The translations under genes were made by a program, and so were the position numbers. Shown here one piece after another: positions 9,185 to 18,459 of a DNA stretch of 64,000 bases. The notes below the pieces were generated by a model. That model searched no databases. It saw only the letters and a program-made list of their open reading frames with translations, and was not told the DNA's origin. Every line of letters begins with the position of its first letter. Position 1 is the stretch's first letter. Source of the DNA: Candidatus Latescibacterota bacterium (GTDB taxonomy: Bacteria; Latescibacterota; UBA2968); assembly GCA_965116885.1 (NCBI GenBank), contig OZ220741.1, forward strand, positions 64,001-128,000. Reading direction: 5' to 3'.

Positions 9185-10650
9185 TGGGTATTCTTCCATT
9201 TTTCACATTTTGGCGAAGCCCCGTTTACATTATCATCGCCTCTTGTGTAGGCTGGTTTCTCTTCCAAAACGCGCTGTCTTCCCACGCACATCAGTTCTCT
9301 GTATTCTTTTTATTTTTCTTTATTGAACTTTACGGTGGGATTATTGGCGATATTGTAGGAGAGAACCAGCATCGGATGCTCACATGGACCCTGCCACATT
9401 TTCGCAAGCGTCTTATGATCTGGTCAATAATTGTCGGACTATTTTCCGTTGTGGCGTGGACGATTGTGCTGACTTATGCACCCCTCAATGCGTCCTGGTC
9501 AACGATTTTGCTCCTGAATATGTGCCTCTATTGTTTGGGATTTACCCTTTTTGGGGGATGGAGTTTAGATACTAATCGCCCCGGGTTGATTTACAAGTGT
9601 CGAGTTCCCCTCTCATTGCTGGTGTTGGCATTAGCCTATTTGTGGCAAGAGGTGCTCGCTTTTGGAGAGCAACAAAAGTTGGGATTGGCTCTCATCGCAT
9701 TCGCTATCGCAATTGGAACTCATTATTTCGCCTTTAACCAGACAGCTTTTCGCAGTAGGCCATTTTCTTTTTTTGTTGGTTCATTCTACTCGGGTTTTGA
9801 TCCTCAAACCCGGGAGATTCAAAAGAATGCAATGAAGATGCGAAAGACGAGTACCAGGGTATGGCATATCGATCACATCGGTACAGGCATCTTCAACTGG
9901 CTGCGTGCCGGTCAGTACGAAAATTCTGGTCTGGGCGGGTGGAGATGGCCACTTTCCGCGTTTGGCGCAGCATTGGTAATGGTATTCATTTTTTTGAGCA
10001 TGGAGACGAATTTCTTAGGATTGTTGGGTCAATCTCCCTACGATTTTGAGACCGTCTCGAAAATGATTTATCACATGATCTTTTATTGTGACCAGTTAGA
10101 TCCCAAGATCGCCCTTAATATATCGTTTTCTGTGTGCTTCGGCATTTATATGTTTATTTTTTTCTCTGCTTTTTTCTTAAAAAGAGGGTATGTCTATCCG
10201 CTTTCCCGCACCCAGCGGATGCGAATTCAGTATTGCGATTTGCTGGTGCAAAATATTTCTTTTATTGCCGCATCTATTCTGGTGTTGGGCGTTCTGGGCA
10301 TCCTATCTGGAGCAAAGGTTGGGTTTGTGTCTGAAGGAAATATTTCTCTGGGAATACTTCGCGTTTTTGGATGGGTAGTGGTTCTGATACCGATATTTCA
10401 GTGGTTGCAAGTCAAATATGACCTGTATGAATTTCAAAGAATGCTGAGACATCGGTGGAGGTTCGCTCTTGTGTTACTGATCATGATTTTGAGTATTGGA
10501 ATCGCTGGTTTTACCAGTCTGATGCGTGTCTGGTATCCCGATTTGATGCTGATCTATGAAGTGCCAATCCTATTTGTCTGTTTTATTCTCTTGCAATGGT
10601 TCCTATTGGCTCGGCTCAAACGGTATTATGCGACACAGGATCTGGTATAG
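9184..10650 (+). CDS. Polytopic membrane protein, probable ABC permease (paralog 1)
   Basis: About 12 hydrophobic segments; YPLSR motif; TAATG overlap with the ATPase stop. Confidence 0.75.
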   Translation: MGILPFFTFWRSPVYIIIASCVGWFLFQNALSSHAHQFSVFFLFFFIELYGGIIGDIVGENQHRMLTWTLPHFRKRLMIWSIIVGLFSVVAWTIVLTYAPLNASWSTILLLNMCLYCLGFTLFGGWSLDTNRPGLIYKCRVPLSLLVLALAYLWQEVLAFGEQQKLGLALIAFAIAIGTHYFAFNQTAFRSRPFSFFVGSFYSGFDPQTREIQKNAMKMRKTSTRVWHIDHIGTGIFNWLRAGQYENSGLGGWRWPLSAFGAALVMVFIFLSMETNFLGLLGQSPYDFETVSKMIYHMIFYCDQLDPKIALNISFSVCFGIYMFIFFSAFFLKRGYVYPLSRTQRMRIQYCDLLVQNISFIAASILVLGVLGILSGAKVGFVSEGNISLGILRVFGWVVVLIPIFQWLQVKYDLYEFQRMLRHRWRFALVLLIMILSIGIAGFTSLMRVWYPDLMLIYEVPILFVCFILLQWFLLARLKRYYATQDLV

Positions 10651-10678
10651 ATTTAACCTTATCAACAAGGAAGAAGAG

Positions 10679-11518
10679 ATGACGTATCCAAATCTGAAGC
10701 AGTCTATTTGGCTGCTGGTATTATTGGTCCTGATTAGCGCAGGTTTGGGGATACCGGTTGCGATCCTGGGGATGATTATTGACCAGCCGTTACACAAAAG
10801 TCCTTATGCGATCTGGCCATTGACCCTGGTGAGTTTTGTTTTGGTCGTACACTATGTTTTGCGTCGGACCGATCGAACCTGGGCTTCGTGGTCTGATATC
10901 ATGCCCATAAAAGCCATTTCGTGGCAATTGCTACTGCCACTTGTGGTATCTATCCTTGGATTGCTTATCGTCTCTTTCGAATTGGGAAAAGTGATGATGT
11001 CTTTGGCCCCAACGCCCGAGGTGGTGAAGGATACACTCCGCGGGTTGGTCGGCAAAAAAACCTCTTATTGGTTGGCCTTTTACGGCGCAGTGATTCAAAC
11101 ACCTATCATAGAAGAGGCACTTTTTAGAGGCATTATTGTGGGTGGTTTGTTGGCGTATTGGTCAAAATATCAGGCCGCTATTTGGTCGGCAATTTTGTTT
11201 GGCATATATCACCTGAACCCAGCGCAATTTCCCGTGGCCTTCATATTGGGGCTTGTATTCGCATGGTGGATTATTCAAACGGGGTCTTTGTTGCCTTGTA
11301 TGCTGGGACACGCATTGAACAATTTTCTGGCTATTACCCTGGCACGATCGGGAATACCGGGCTTTAAAAACCCAAAGGCTCTGATCTTTCTGCCGTGGTG
11401 GGTGATCGTGTGTGCCGTACTATTGGCCGCGATTGGATTGTGGTGGTTTTATCAAGTAGCAAAGCGCGAAGAAACTAATCAGCTTGAAGCGGAAGTTGAA
11501 CCCGAAAGACATTGTTGA
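10679..11518 (+). CDS. CPBP (Abi/CAAX-II) family intramembrane metalloprotease
   Basis: EEALFRG, FGIYHLN, HALNN motifs; AAGGAAG RBS. Confidence 0.92.
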   Translation: MTYPNLKQSIWLLVLLVLISAGLGIPVAILGMIIDQPLHKSPYAIWPLTLVSFVLVVHYVLRRTDRTWASWSDIMPIKAISWQLLLPLVVSILGLLIVSFELGKVMMSLAPTPEVVKDTLRGLVGKKTSYWLAFYGAVIQTPIIEEALFRGIIVGGLLAYWSKYQAAIWSAILFGIYHLNPAQFPVAFILGLVFAWWIIQTGSLLPCMLGHALNNFLAITLARSGIPGFKNPKALIFLPWWVIVCAVLLAAIGLWWFYQVAKREETNQLEAEVEPERHC

Positions 11519-11628
11519 AATTTCTAATGACACTTTTGACTGAGGACGAAAACACAATCGTGATTTCGTCACATCATGCACTAAACCTCGACCAGCTATT
11601 TCCCATCCTGATTCGGGAGGACATGTAA
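11507..11628 (+). pseudogene. Internally deleted remnant of a paralogous ABC ATPase 3' end, still in frame
   Basis: 11507-11574 aligns to 8805-8872 and 11581-11628 to 9137-9184; reads TLLKFLMTLLTEDENTIVISSHHALNLDQLFPILIREDM*. Confidence 0.85.
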
Positions 11629-13112
11629 TGGGTATTCTTCCGTTCTTCACATTTTTGCGAAGCCCTGTTCACATTATCATCGCATTTTTTGCATGTCTGT
11701 TACTCGCTCATGTCTCATGGACTGCCGACAGAGACCAGTTCTTTGTGTTTCTCGTATTTCTGCTATTCTTCTTTAGTGGATTTTGGGGCTATGCTATCGG
11801 AGGTATTGTAGCAGAGAACCAGCATCGGACGCTCACCTGGACCCTGCCACATTTTCGCAAGCGTCTGATGATCTGGTCGGCAATAGTCGGACTGTTTTCC
11901 GTAGTGGCGTGGACGATTATGTTGACTTATGCACCCCTTAATGCGTCCTGGTCAACAATCTTGCTAATAAACTTGGGCTTTTATTGTTTCGGATTTGTCT
12001 GTACAGCGGGTTGGGATTTTGGTGTTTATCATTCTCTGTTGATCCAGGCATGTCAGATCATATTAATTTTTTTATTTCTTATATTGGCTTTTTTTTGGCA
12101 AGAGGTACTCGCTTTTGGAGAGCAACAAAAATTGGGGTTGGCTCTCATCGCATTCGCCATCACAATTGCGGCTTATTATTTTTCGTTTAAACAGACAACT
12201 TTTCGGAGAAAGCCTCTTTCCTTGTTATGGTCACTGCGCTCGGTTTTTTATCCTCATACTTGGGAGATGTGGAAAAGGGATGCGATGAAGAGGCGAAAGC
12301 CGAGTACCAGGGTATGGCATCTCGATCACATCGGTACAGGCATCTTCAATTGGCTGCGTGCGGGCCGGTATGAAAATAGTGGTGGCAAGCTATGGCTATG
12401 GATGCTTCCCGGTTTTAGCGCAGCATTGGCAATGGTATTCTTTTTTTTGGGCATGGAGACGAGTTTCTTCGGGTTATTGGGTCGATCTCCTTACGATTTT
12501 GAGACCATCTCAAAAATGATTTATCACATGATCTTTTATTTCGACCAGTTGGCCCCCAAGACCGCCATTAATATATCTCTTTCAGCGTTTTTCGGCGTTT
12601 GGGCATATACGACGTATATTTGGAGTCATCCTTTTTTCTTAAAAAGAGGGTATGTGTATCCGCTTTCTCGCACCCAGCGGATGTGGATTCGGTATTGTGG
12701 TTTTCTGGTGCAAAATATTTCTTTTTTTGCATCGTCTATTCTGGTACTGGGTGTTCTGGGCATCCTGGCAGGGGCAAAGATCGGGTTTATGCATGAAGGG
12801 GATATTTCCTTGAGAATACTTTGTGTCTTTGGGTGGACAGTGGTTCTTTGGCCGATGTTTCAGTGGTTGCAAGTCAAATATCACCTGTATGAATTTCCAA
12901 GAACGCGGCGACAGATGTGGGGGGTGGTTTTTCTGGTCTTGATCATGTTTTTGGCTTGTGGAATTGCTGGTTTTGTCGGTGTGATGCGTAATCTATATCC
13001 CGACTTGTCACTGACCTATGAAGCGCCGATCCTTTTTGTCTGTTTTATTCTTTTGCAATGGTTCCTATTAGCACGGCTCAAACGGTATTACGCCACACAG
13101 GATCTAATTTAG
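11628..13112 (+). CDS. Polytopic membrane protein, probable ABC permease (paralog 2)
   Basis: Long blocks identical or near-identical to 9184-10650, e.g. LTWTLPHFRKRLMIWS, HIGTGIFNWLRAG, FFLKRGYVYPLSRTQRM, LLQWFLLARLKRYYATQDL. Confidence 0.8.
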   Translation: MGILPFFTFLRSPVHIIIAFFACLLLAHVSWTADRDQFFVFLVFLLFFFSGFWGYAIGGIVAENQHRTLTWTLPHFRKRLMIWSAIVGLFSVVAWTIMLTYAPLNASWSTILLINLGFYCFGFVCTAGWDFGVYHSLLIQACQIILIFLFLILAFFWQEVLAFGEQQKLGLALIAFAITIAAYYFSFKQTTFRRKPLSLLWSLRSVFYPHTWEMWKRDAMKRRKPSTRVWHLDHIGTGIFNWLRAGRYENSGGKLWLWMLPGFSAALAMVFFFLGMETSFFGLLGRSPYDFETISKMIYHMIFYFDQLAPKTAINISLSAFFGVWAYTTYIWSHPFFLKRGYVYPLSRTQRMWIRYCGFLVQNISFFASSILVLGVLGILAGAKIGFMHEGDISLRILCVFGWTVVLWPMFQWLQVKYHLYEFPRTRRQMWGVVFLVLIMFLACGIAGFVGVMRNLYPDLSLTYEAPILFVCFILLQWFLLARLKRYYATQDLI

Positions 13113-13333
13113 TAACCGAGAGTTTTTAAGTAGCAGAACAAAAAGCATAATTTTTGTATAATTATGCATATATGCATTTGTTTTCTAATAGTTTTTTTAA
13201 TTTTTTATACGCGTTAATAGCGTTTAATAACTTGCAGCGTGTCGCCAGGGTTACGACAATAAGAGACACGAAGTATTGGCGTATCCATTATTTTGCACAC
13301 GTATGCGTTTCTATACCTGCGAAAATAACGTGT

Positions 13334-16300
13334 ATGTTTGAAAACGGAACGATTCTCGACAAAAGATATCAAATCCAGACGCATCTGGGAACCGGGGGCA
13401 TGGGCGAAGTCTATCGGGTTTTGGACCTGGAGCAAGGTCAGGATTGTGCGCTCAAAATTTTGAATACCATGGCGGATCAGAAGGCTGTGCATCGCCGTTT
13501 TCACAGAGAATTTCAGGTGTTGAACAGATTTCAGCACCCGCGCCTGGTAAGCACCTTTGCCTGGGGCTTTGCCGAAGATCGTCCCTATTTTACAATGGAA
13601 TATTTACCCGGAAAGACATTGGAAAAAATAATTGCTGATCGTGCACATTCAGGGCAATTCCGGACATCCCACTTTTTCGATTTGATACAACAACTTGCCG
13701 AGGGATTGGCTTATATCCACGCGCAGGGTGCGGTGCATCGCGATCTCAAACCGTCCAATATTATGGTATTGGAAACAGAAGAGGGGATTGAAACCACGAT
13801 TCTGGATCTGGGACTGGCGAAACTCAGACATCTGCATAGCGTTTCCATTACGCAGACGGGCACAGCCATTGGGACAGCAGAATATATGTCGCCAGAACAG
13901 GGTAAAGGGTTGTGGGTGGATCATCGATCAGATTTGTACTCATTGGGCATAATTTTATACGAGATGCTCACAGGCACACCGCCTTTTTCGGGACAAAATC
14001 CAATATCTGTTATTATGAAGCATATTCGAGAGGTGCCGCCACCAATGGGCGAAATCAATATCGCGGTTCTCGAACAGACGCAACAAATTGTGTCGAAGTT
14101 GCTGGCAAAGGGAGCTGTTGATCGTTTTCAGTCGGCAGAAGAACTCATGCACGCCTTACCATCGGGGTCTATGCTACCCGATGACGAGCAACGCGATGTA
14201 CATAGAAAAGTTATGCGGTCGCAATTTATCGGGCGAGAATCCGAAATGAAGACATTGCGCGCAATGTTGCAGGATGTACAGGCTGGCAAACAGCGCGCGG
14301 TTCTAATCTCCGGTGAGTCCGGTGTGGGGAAAACGAGACTGGTTGAAGAACTATTGGGCGACGCTTTGATCCATGATTTTCTGTGTTTGAAAGGCACAGG
14401 TCAGGAAGAGGGAGGACAAATATACGGTGCGTTGATCAGTGCTTTTCAAGAGACAGTGGATTTGGTGGCAGAGTTGCCCGATCCAGTAGAATCGGACAAG
14501 TTTTCTGTTATGGAGCGCTGGTTGCAGTTATTAAAAACTCTGCGGCAGAAACAACCCATTGTGTTGTGTTTGGAAAATATTCAATGGCTGGATGAATTGA
14601 CATTGGAATTTTTACAGTATGTGTTGCGCGATCCAGAGCCCTGCCCGTTTTTGTTATGCCTGACCTGTCAATGGTCCAACCTGGAACCGCTTCTAGAGGA
14701 AGTTGAAAATTTTATACACAACAATGTATTTGCTAAGGCGACCCGGATTCAGTTGAAAAATCTACCCCGTGAAGAGGTGGGGTATTTAGCAGCGTCAATG
14801 TTGGGGGAGCGATCCATACCATCCGATGCATTGCAAACCCTGTTCAGGGAAACGGGTGGGCAACCCCTGTTTGTCGTGGAAGCAGTGAGGACACTGGTGA
14901 ATGCCGATGTGGTTCGGCAGAATGTGTACGGCGATTGGCAGTGGGGAGAATTTCCCGAAACACTATTATCCGATGATTTTTCAGAGATTTTGCACAGGCG
15001 CGTAGCTGCTCTTCCTACGGTACAACAGCAAGTGTTGGAATACGCCTGTGTTTTTTTAAATGATTTTTCTTTTGACTTACTGGCGGCGGTTTGGCGCGGC
15101 GATGAGTTGGAATTGCTGGATATACTGGACGAATTGATTGCAGAAGGGCTTTTGACAGCTTGTGGAGAGGATGAAGATCAATATCGTTTTGCACAGGAGT
15201 TGTGCAGACGTGCAATTTATGACCGGATGAAAAATGTGCGGCGACGACTGTTTCATCGAGAAATTGGCAATGCTCTGGAACAGACGGAAGATGTAGAAGA
15301 ATTGACGGAAGAACTGGCAGATCATTTCGCGGCAGCGGAAGAACGAGATAAGGCTATAAAATATACGCGCATAGCAGGTAAAAAAGCATTGAAAAAACAC
15401 GCCTATCGTCAGGCGAGAATGCGGTTTGAGGCTGGGCAGGACTGGACAGCTAATGACGCCTTTGAATCACAAGCAGATACCATCGATTTTTTGTGCGATT
15501 ATGCAGATGCGTTGCGCAATTGTAGTCAGCACAATAGCGCACTGGAACTTTTAGACGAGGCAAAAGCGTTATTGCCCGATGATCGAAATGATTTGAAAGC
15601 GCGTATTTTGTGGAATGAAGGCATTATTCACAGCGTACTTCAACATGGGGGAATAGCAGAAAAATATATGCTGGAGGCATTGCAGCTTTATCGGGAGTTG
15701 GATGATCTCGACGGAGAAATTCAAGCATTGGGTGGTTTGTCTTATTTGTGTGATGTATCTGGGCGACACGAAGAAGCTATTGCATATATGTATCGGGAAA
15801 TAGAGAAACATCATGCGTTGGAAGAAGCCCAGAACAAGGCTATCGTACAAGTGCGAGAAGGTATGGTTGCATTGGTGGAATTTCGGTTTGAGACAGCCAG
15901 GGCACATGTGGAAGCGGCTGTAAAGACATCTCGGCAACCTGGACTTGAACACCATCGTATTGGGGCACTCAATTTACTTTCAAGAGTTTATTTATATCTG
16001 GGTGATCTCGACCAGGCAGAAGCCGTTTGCCACGAAGCCATTGGCGAGTGGCAAAAACGAGGCGATGCTTACTGGGAAGCAATGAATCTTCTCCGGTTGG
16101 GAGAATTGGCACTGGAACGGGAACGCGGTGATTTTGCAGAGGCGTTGGAATATACTGAGATTGCATCAGAGCGATTTTTGGAAACACCGAGAAGAGATTA
16201 TGTCTATCGCGCTTATGCGATTGCGGCAACGGCTGTTGCAAGAATGGGAGATACAGAAGCGGCACTTGAATGGGCAGAAAAAGCCAGTGAAGGTGTACAG

Positions 16301-18148
16301 CAAACATCGGGTATGTACACGGGCATATTGCCTCTGGTGCATTGCGGTATTGGTGTTGCCTTAGACAAAGCTGGGCGGATAGCTGAGGCTGAAGAGGCTT
16401 TTGAGCAGGCGATTGAATGCCGAAGAGAATCCAAAGGCGACCACTGGGCGCGTGCGCTGCTGATGGCAGGGGAGTTTTATCTCCAGCGCGATGATGTATC
16501 AAAAGCGCAAGCACATCTCAAAGCGGCAAAACAGGCGTTTGAAGAAATGCAAATGTCCTATTTTTTGGAGAAAACACAGGTGTTATTAGGTCAATTATCT
16601 GGCGACAAAGATGGTCACCACAGGGATGCCGCACCCAGTTCTGAAAATTCAGTCGATACGTTGTCTGTTGATCGCTGGCGCTTGCTTTACGATGTGAGCC
16701 AGGAATTGACTACAGAGCGCGATGTCAAGGTGCTATTGGATCGGACTCTGGGTAATTTGTTGACTGTTTATCCAGCAGAGCGGGTGCTTGTTGCGATTAA
16801 AAATGAGACCCCAAAAGGCTTTGCGGTTGATGCCGTACGCCACTACAATTTAGAAGTAGATGATGCAGAAGCACTGAGTCAGGGTATTATTCGTCGGGTT
16901 ATTGAGACAAATGAGCCCGTTTTGAGCATTGATGCACAGACAGACGACAGGCTCAATCAGTACCAGAGCGTGATAGACTACGACATTCGGTCTGTATTGT
17001 GTGTACCCCTATTTCATGTTAGCGAAGGTGTGATGGGTGCGCTATATGTGGATCATCGTGGCTTGGGTAACGCATTTTCTGAAACAGACCAGACGTTTTT
17101 ACAGGCATTTGCGAATCTGGTGGGGGTGGCACTGGTCAATGCGAGGATGTACGAACAACTGGAAGAGAAAGCGCGATATTTGCAGCAACAGATTGAAAAA
17201 AGGTACCAGCTTGGCGATCTCGTCGGGCAAAGTGATGCGATGCAGACCATCTACCATCTTATAGAACGCGCGGCAAAGAGCGATATTCCCGTGCTTGTGC
17301 AGGGTGAAACAGGTACGGGCAAAGAATTGGCTGCGCGTGCCATACACTACAATAGCACGCGCAAAGACCAGCGATTTTTGTCGCAAAATTGCGCGGCTCT
17401 TTCACCAGAGTTGTTGCAGAGTGAGTTGTTTGGATACAAAAAAGGCGCGTTTACTGGCGCGACTGAAGATCATAAGGGGATTTTTGAGGCTGCCAATGGG
17501 GGTACGGTTTTTCTGGATGAAATCGCCGATGCCTCTCCACAGTTGCAAAGGAGTTTGTTGCGGGTATTGCAAGAAGGAGAGGTGCGGCGTATGGGAGAAA
17601 CAGAAGATCGTCCAGTAGATGTGCGCATTATTGCAGCGACTAATCGAGACTTAAAAAAGGAAGTTGAAAAAGGCTCTTTCCGCGAAGATTTGTATTACCG
17701 GTTGCGTGTGATTCAGATCGATATGCCGCCTTTGCGAGAACGCCTTGAAGATGTGCCATTGTTGGCCGAACTTATGCTCACCCGAGCAAAAGAAGATGCA
17801 AACAAGTCGGTTGGGGGGCTAACAGTAGGTGCAATAAAGACCCTTGTAAGTTACAACTGGCCTGGCAATGTGCGCGAGTTGGAGAATGAGATTCGACTGG
17901 CTGTGGCATTGACAAAAGAAGAGGGTGATATTACGCCCGATTTATTTTCAGAATCCATCGGGCACGCGGTGTCAGGTGTCTCTGTCGAATACCAGGGGCG
18001 TTTACAAGACCGTGTGCAGGCGTATGAAAAACGAGTAATTCGAGACGCGCTCGAAAAATGCGTGGGCAATATTACGCATACAGCCAGAGAATTGGGGATG
18101 ACGCGCGCTGGCCTACAGAAAAAGATCAATCGTTTGGAGTTGAGATAG
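13334..18148 (+). CDS. Hanks Ser/Thr kinase - STAND/AAA ATPase - TPR - GAF - sigma-54 enhancer-binding protein (AAA+, Fis HTH)
   Basis: GTGGMGEVY, HRDLKPSN, DLGLA, YMSPEQ; GESGVGKT; helical repeats; SVLCVPL...GALYVD GAF; GETGTGKE, GAFTGA, FREDLYYRL, WPGNVREL; C-terminal HTH. Start taken at MFENG. Confidence 0.93.
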   Translation: MFENGTILDKRYQIQTHLGTGGMGEVYRVLDLEQGQDCALKILNTMADQKAVHRRFHREFQVLNRFQHPRLVSTFAWGFAEDRPYFTMEYLPGKTLEKIIADRAHSGQFRTSHFFDLIQQLAEGLAYIHAQGAVHRDLKPSNIMVLETEEGIETTILDLGLAKLRHLHSVSITQTGTAIGTAEYMSPEQGKGLWVDHRSDLYSLGIILYEMLTGTPPFSGQNPISVIMKHIREVPPPMGEINIAVLEQTQQIVSKLLAKGAVDRFQSAEELMHALPSGSMLPDDEQRDVHRKVMRSQFIGRESEMKTLRAMLQDVQAGKQRAVLISGESGVGKTRLVEELLGDALIHDFLCLKGTGQEEGGQIYGALISAFQETVDLVAELPDPVESDKFSVMERWLQLLKTLRQKQPIVLCLENIQWLDELTLEFLQYVLRDPEPCPFLLCLTCQWSNLEPLLEEVENFIHNNVFAKATRIQLKNLPREEVGYLAASMLGERSIPSDALQTLFRETGGQPLFVVEAVRTLVNADVVRQNVYGDWQWGEFPETLLSDDFSEILHRRVAALPTVQQQVLEYACVFLNDFSFDLLAAVWRGDELELLDILDELIAEGLLTACGEDEDQYRFAQELCRRAIYDRMKNVRRRLFHREIGNALEQTEDVEELTEELADHFAAAEERDKAIKYTRIAGKKALKKHAYRQARMRFEAGQDWTANDAFESQADTIDFLCDYADALRNCSQHNSALELLDEAKALLPDDRNDLKARILWNEGIIHSVLQHGGIAEKYMLEALQLYRELDDLDGEIQALGGLSYLCDVSGRHEEAIAYMYREIEKHHALEEAQNKAIVQVREGMVALVEFRFETARAHVEAAVKTSRQPGLEHHRIGALNLLSRVYLYLGDLDQAEAVCHEAIGEWQKRGDAYWEAMNLLRLGELALERERGDFAEALEYTEIASERFLETPRRDYVYRAYAIAATAVARMGDTEAALEWAEKASEGVQQTSGMYTGILPLVHCGIGVALDKAGRIAEAEEAFEQAIECRRESKGDHWARALLMAGEFYLQRDDVSKAQAHLKAAKQAFEEMQMSYFLEKTQVLLGQLSGDKDGHHRDAAPSSENSVDTLSVDRWRLLYDVSQELTTERDVKVLLDRTLGNLLTVYPAERVLVAIKNETPKGFAVDAVRHYNLEVDDAEALSQGIIRRVIETNEPVLSIDAQTDDRLNQYQSVIDYDIRSVLCVPLFHVSEGVMGALYVDHRGLGNAFSETDQTFLQAFANLVGVALVNARMYEQLEEKARYLQQQIEKRYQLGDLVGQSDAMQTIYHLIERAAKSDIPVLVQGETGTGKELAARAIHYNSTRKDQRFLSQNCAALSPELLQSELFGYKKGAFTGATEDHKGIFEAANGGTVFLDEIADASPQLQRSLLRVLQEGEVRRMGETEDRPVDVRIIAATNRDLKKEVEKGSFREDLYYRLRVIQIDMPPLRERLEDVPLLAELMLTRAKEDANKSVGGLTVGAIKTLVSYNWPGNVRELENEIRLAVALTKEEGDITPDLFSESIGHAVSGVSVEYQGRLQDRVQAYEKRVIRDALEKCVGNITHTARELGMTRAGLQKKINRLELR

Positions 18149-18160
18149 GCGGTGAACAGG

Positions 18161-18283
18161 TGCATCCAGATGTATGCAGTAGTGCATCCAACTGTATGCA
18201 CTTGTTTATCTTTATATAATTCAGATAGTTATGTTTGTTTTCTTGTAAATAGAGATTATAGGTGCATCCTGTCGGATGCACCT
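18161..18283. promoter_or_regulatory. Three palindromic upstream activator (enhancer) sites
   Basis: TGCATCCAGATGTATGCA (18161-18178), TGCATCCAACTGTATGCA (18183-18200), AGGTGCATCC-TGTC-GGATGCACCT (18260-18283). Confidence 0.75.
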
Positions 18284-18342
18284 GCGCCAGAATCTCGCAG
18301 GTGTAGCACAAATAATTCTTAAATTTTATCTCTTTGTTTTTC

Positions 18343-18368
18343 AAGCACTTGAAAATTTTCAAGTGCTT
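18343..18368. promoter_or_regulatory. Perfect 26-bp palindrome overlapping an IHF-like site between enhancer and promoter
   Basis: AAGCACTTGAAAATTTTCAAGTGCTT; the overlapping TTTCAAGCACTTG resembles WATCAANNNNTTR. Confidence 0.5.
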
Positions 18369-18389
18369 TTTTTGTGCTGAGACGACCTT

Positions 18390-18404
18390 TGGCACGGATC
18401 TTGC
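18390..18404 (+). promoter_or_regulatory. Sigma-54 (-24/-12) promoter
   Basis: TGGCACGGATCTTGC matches TGGCACG-N4-TTGC exactly, 55 bp upstream of the peptide ATG. Confidence 0.9.
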
Positions 18405-18459
18405 GCTATAAAAAGGGCAAACCGTTATGGCGCAAGATTTTTCCTTAAAGGAGGATAAC

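Noticed and set aside
13154..13333. 60-codon N-terminal extension of the kinase ORF
   Set aside because: AT-rich, intergenic-like sequence with a TTG start; the kinase domain starts naturally at ATG 13334.
18161..18283. Three similar 18-24 bp repeats as a possible CRISPR array
   Set aside because: Too short, with irregular spacing (4 and about 60 bp) and no cas genes; better explained as activator binding sites.
18427..18459. Upstream ATG giving a 70-aa peptide
   Set aside because: It is only about 10 nt from the predicted transcription start with a weak RBS, whereas ATG 18460 has AAGGAGG.
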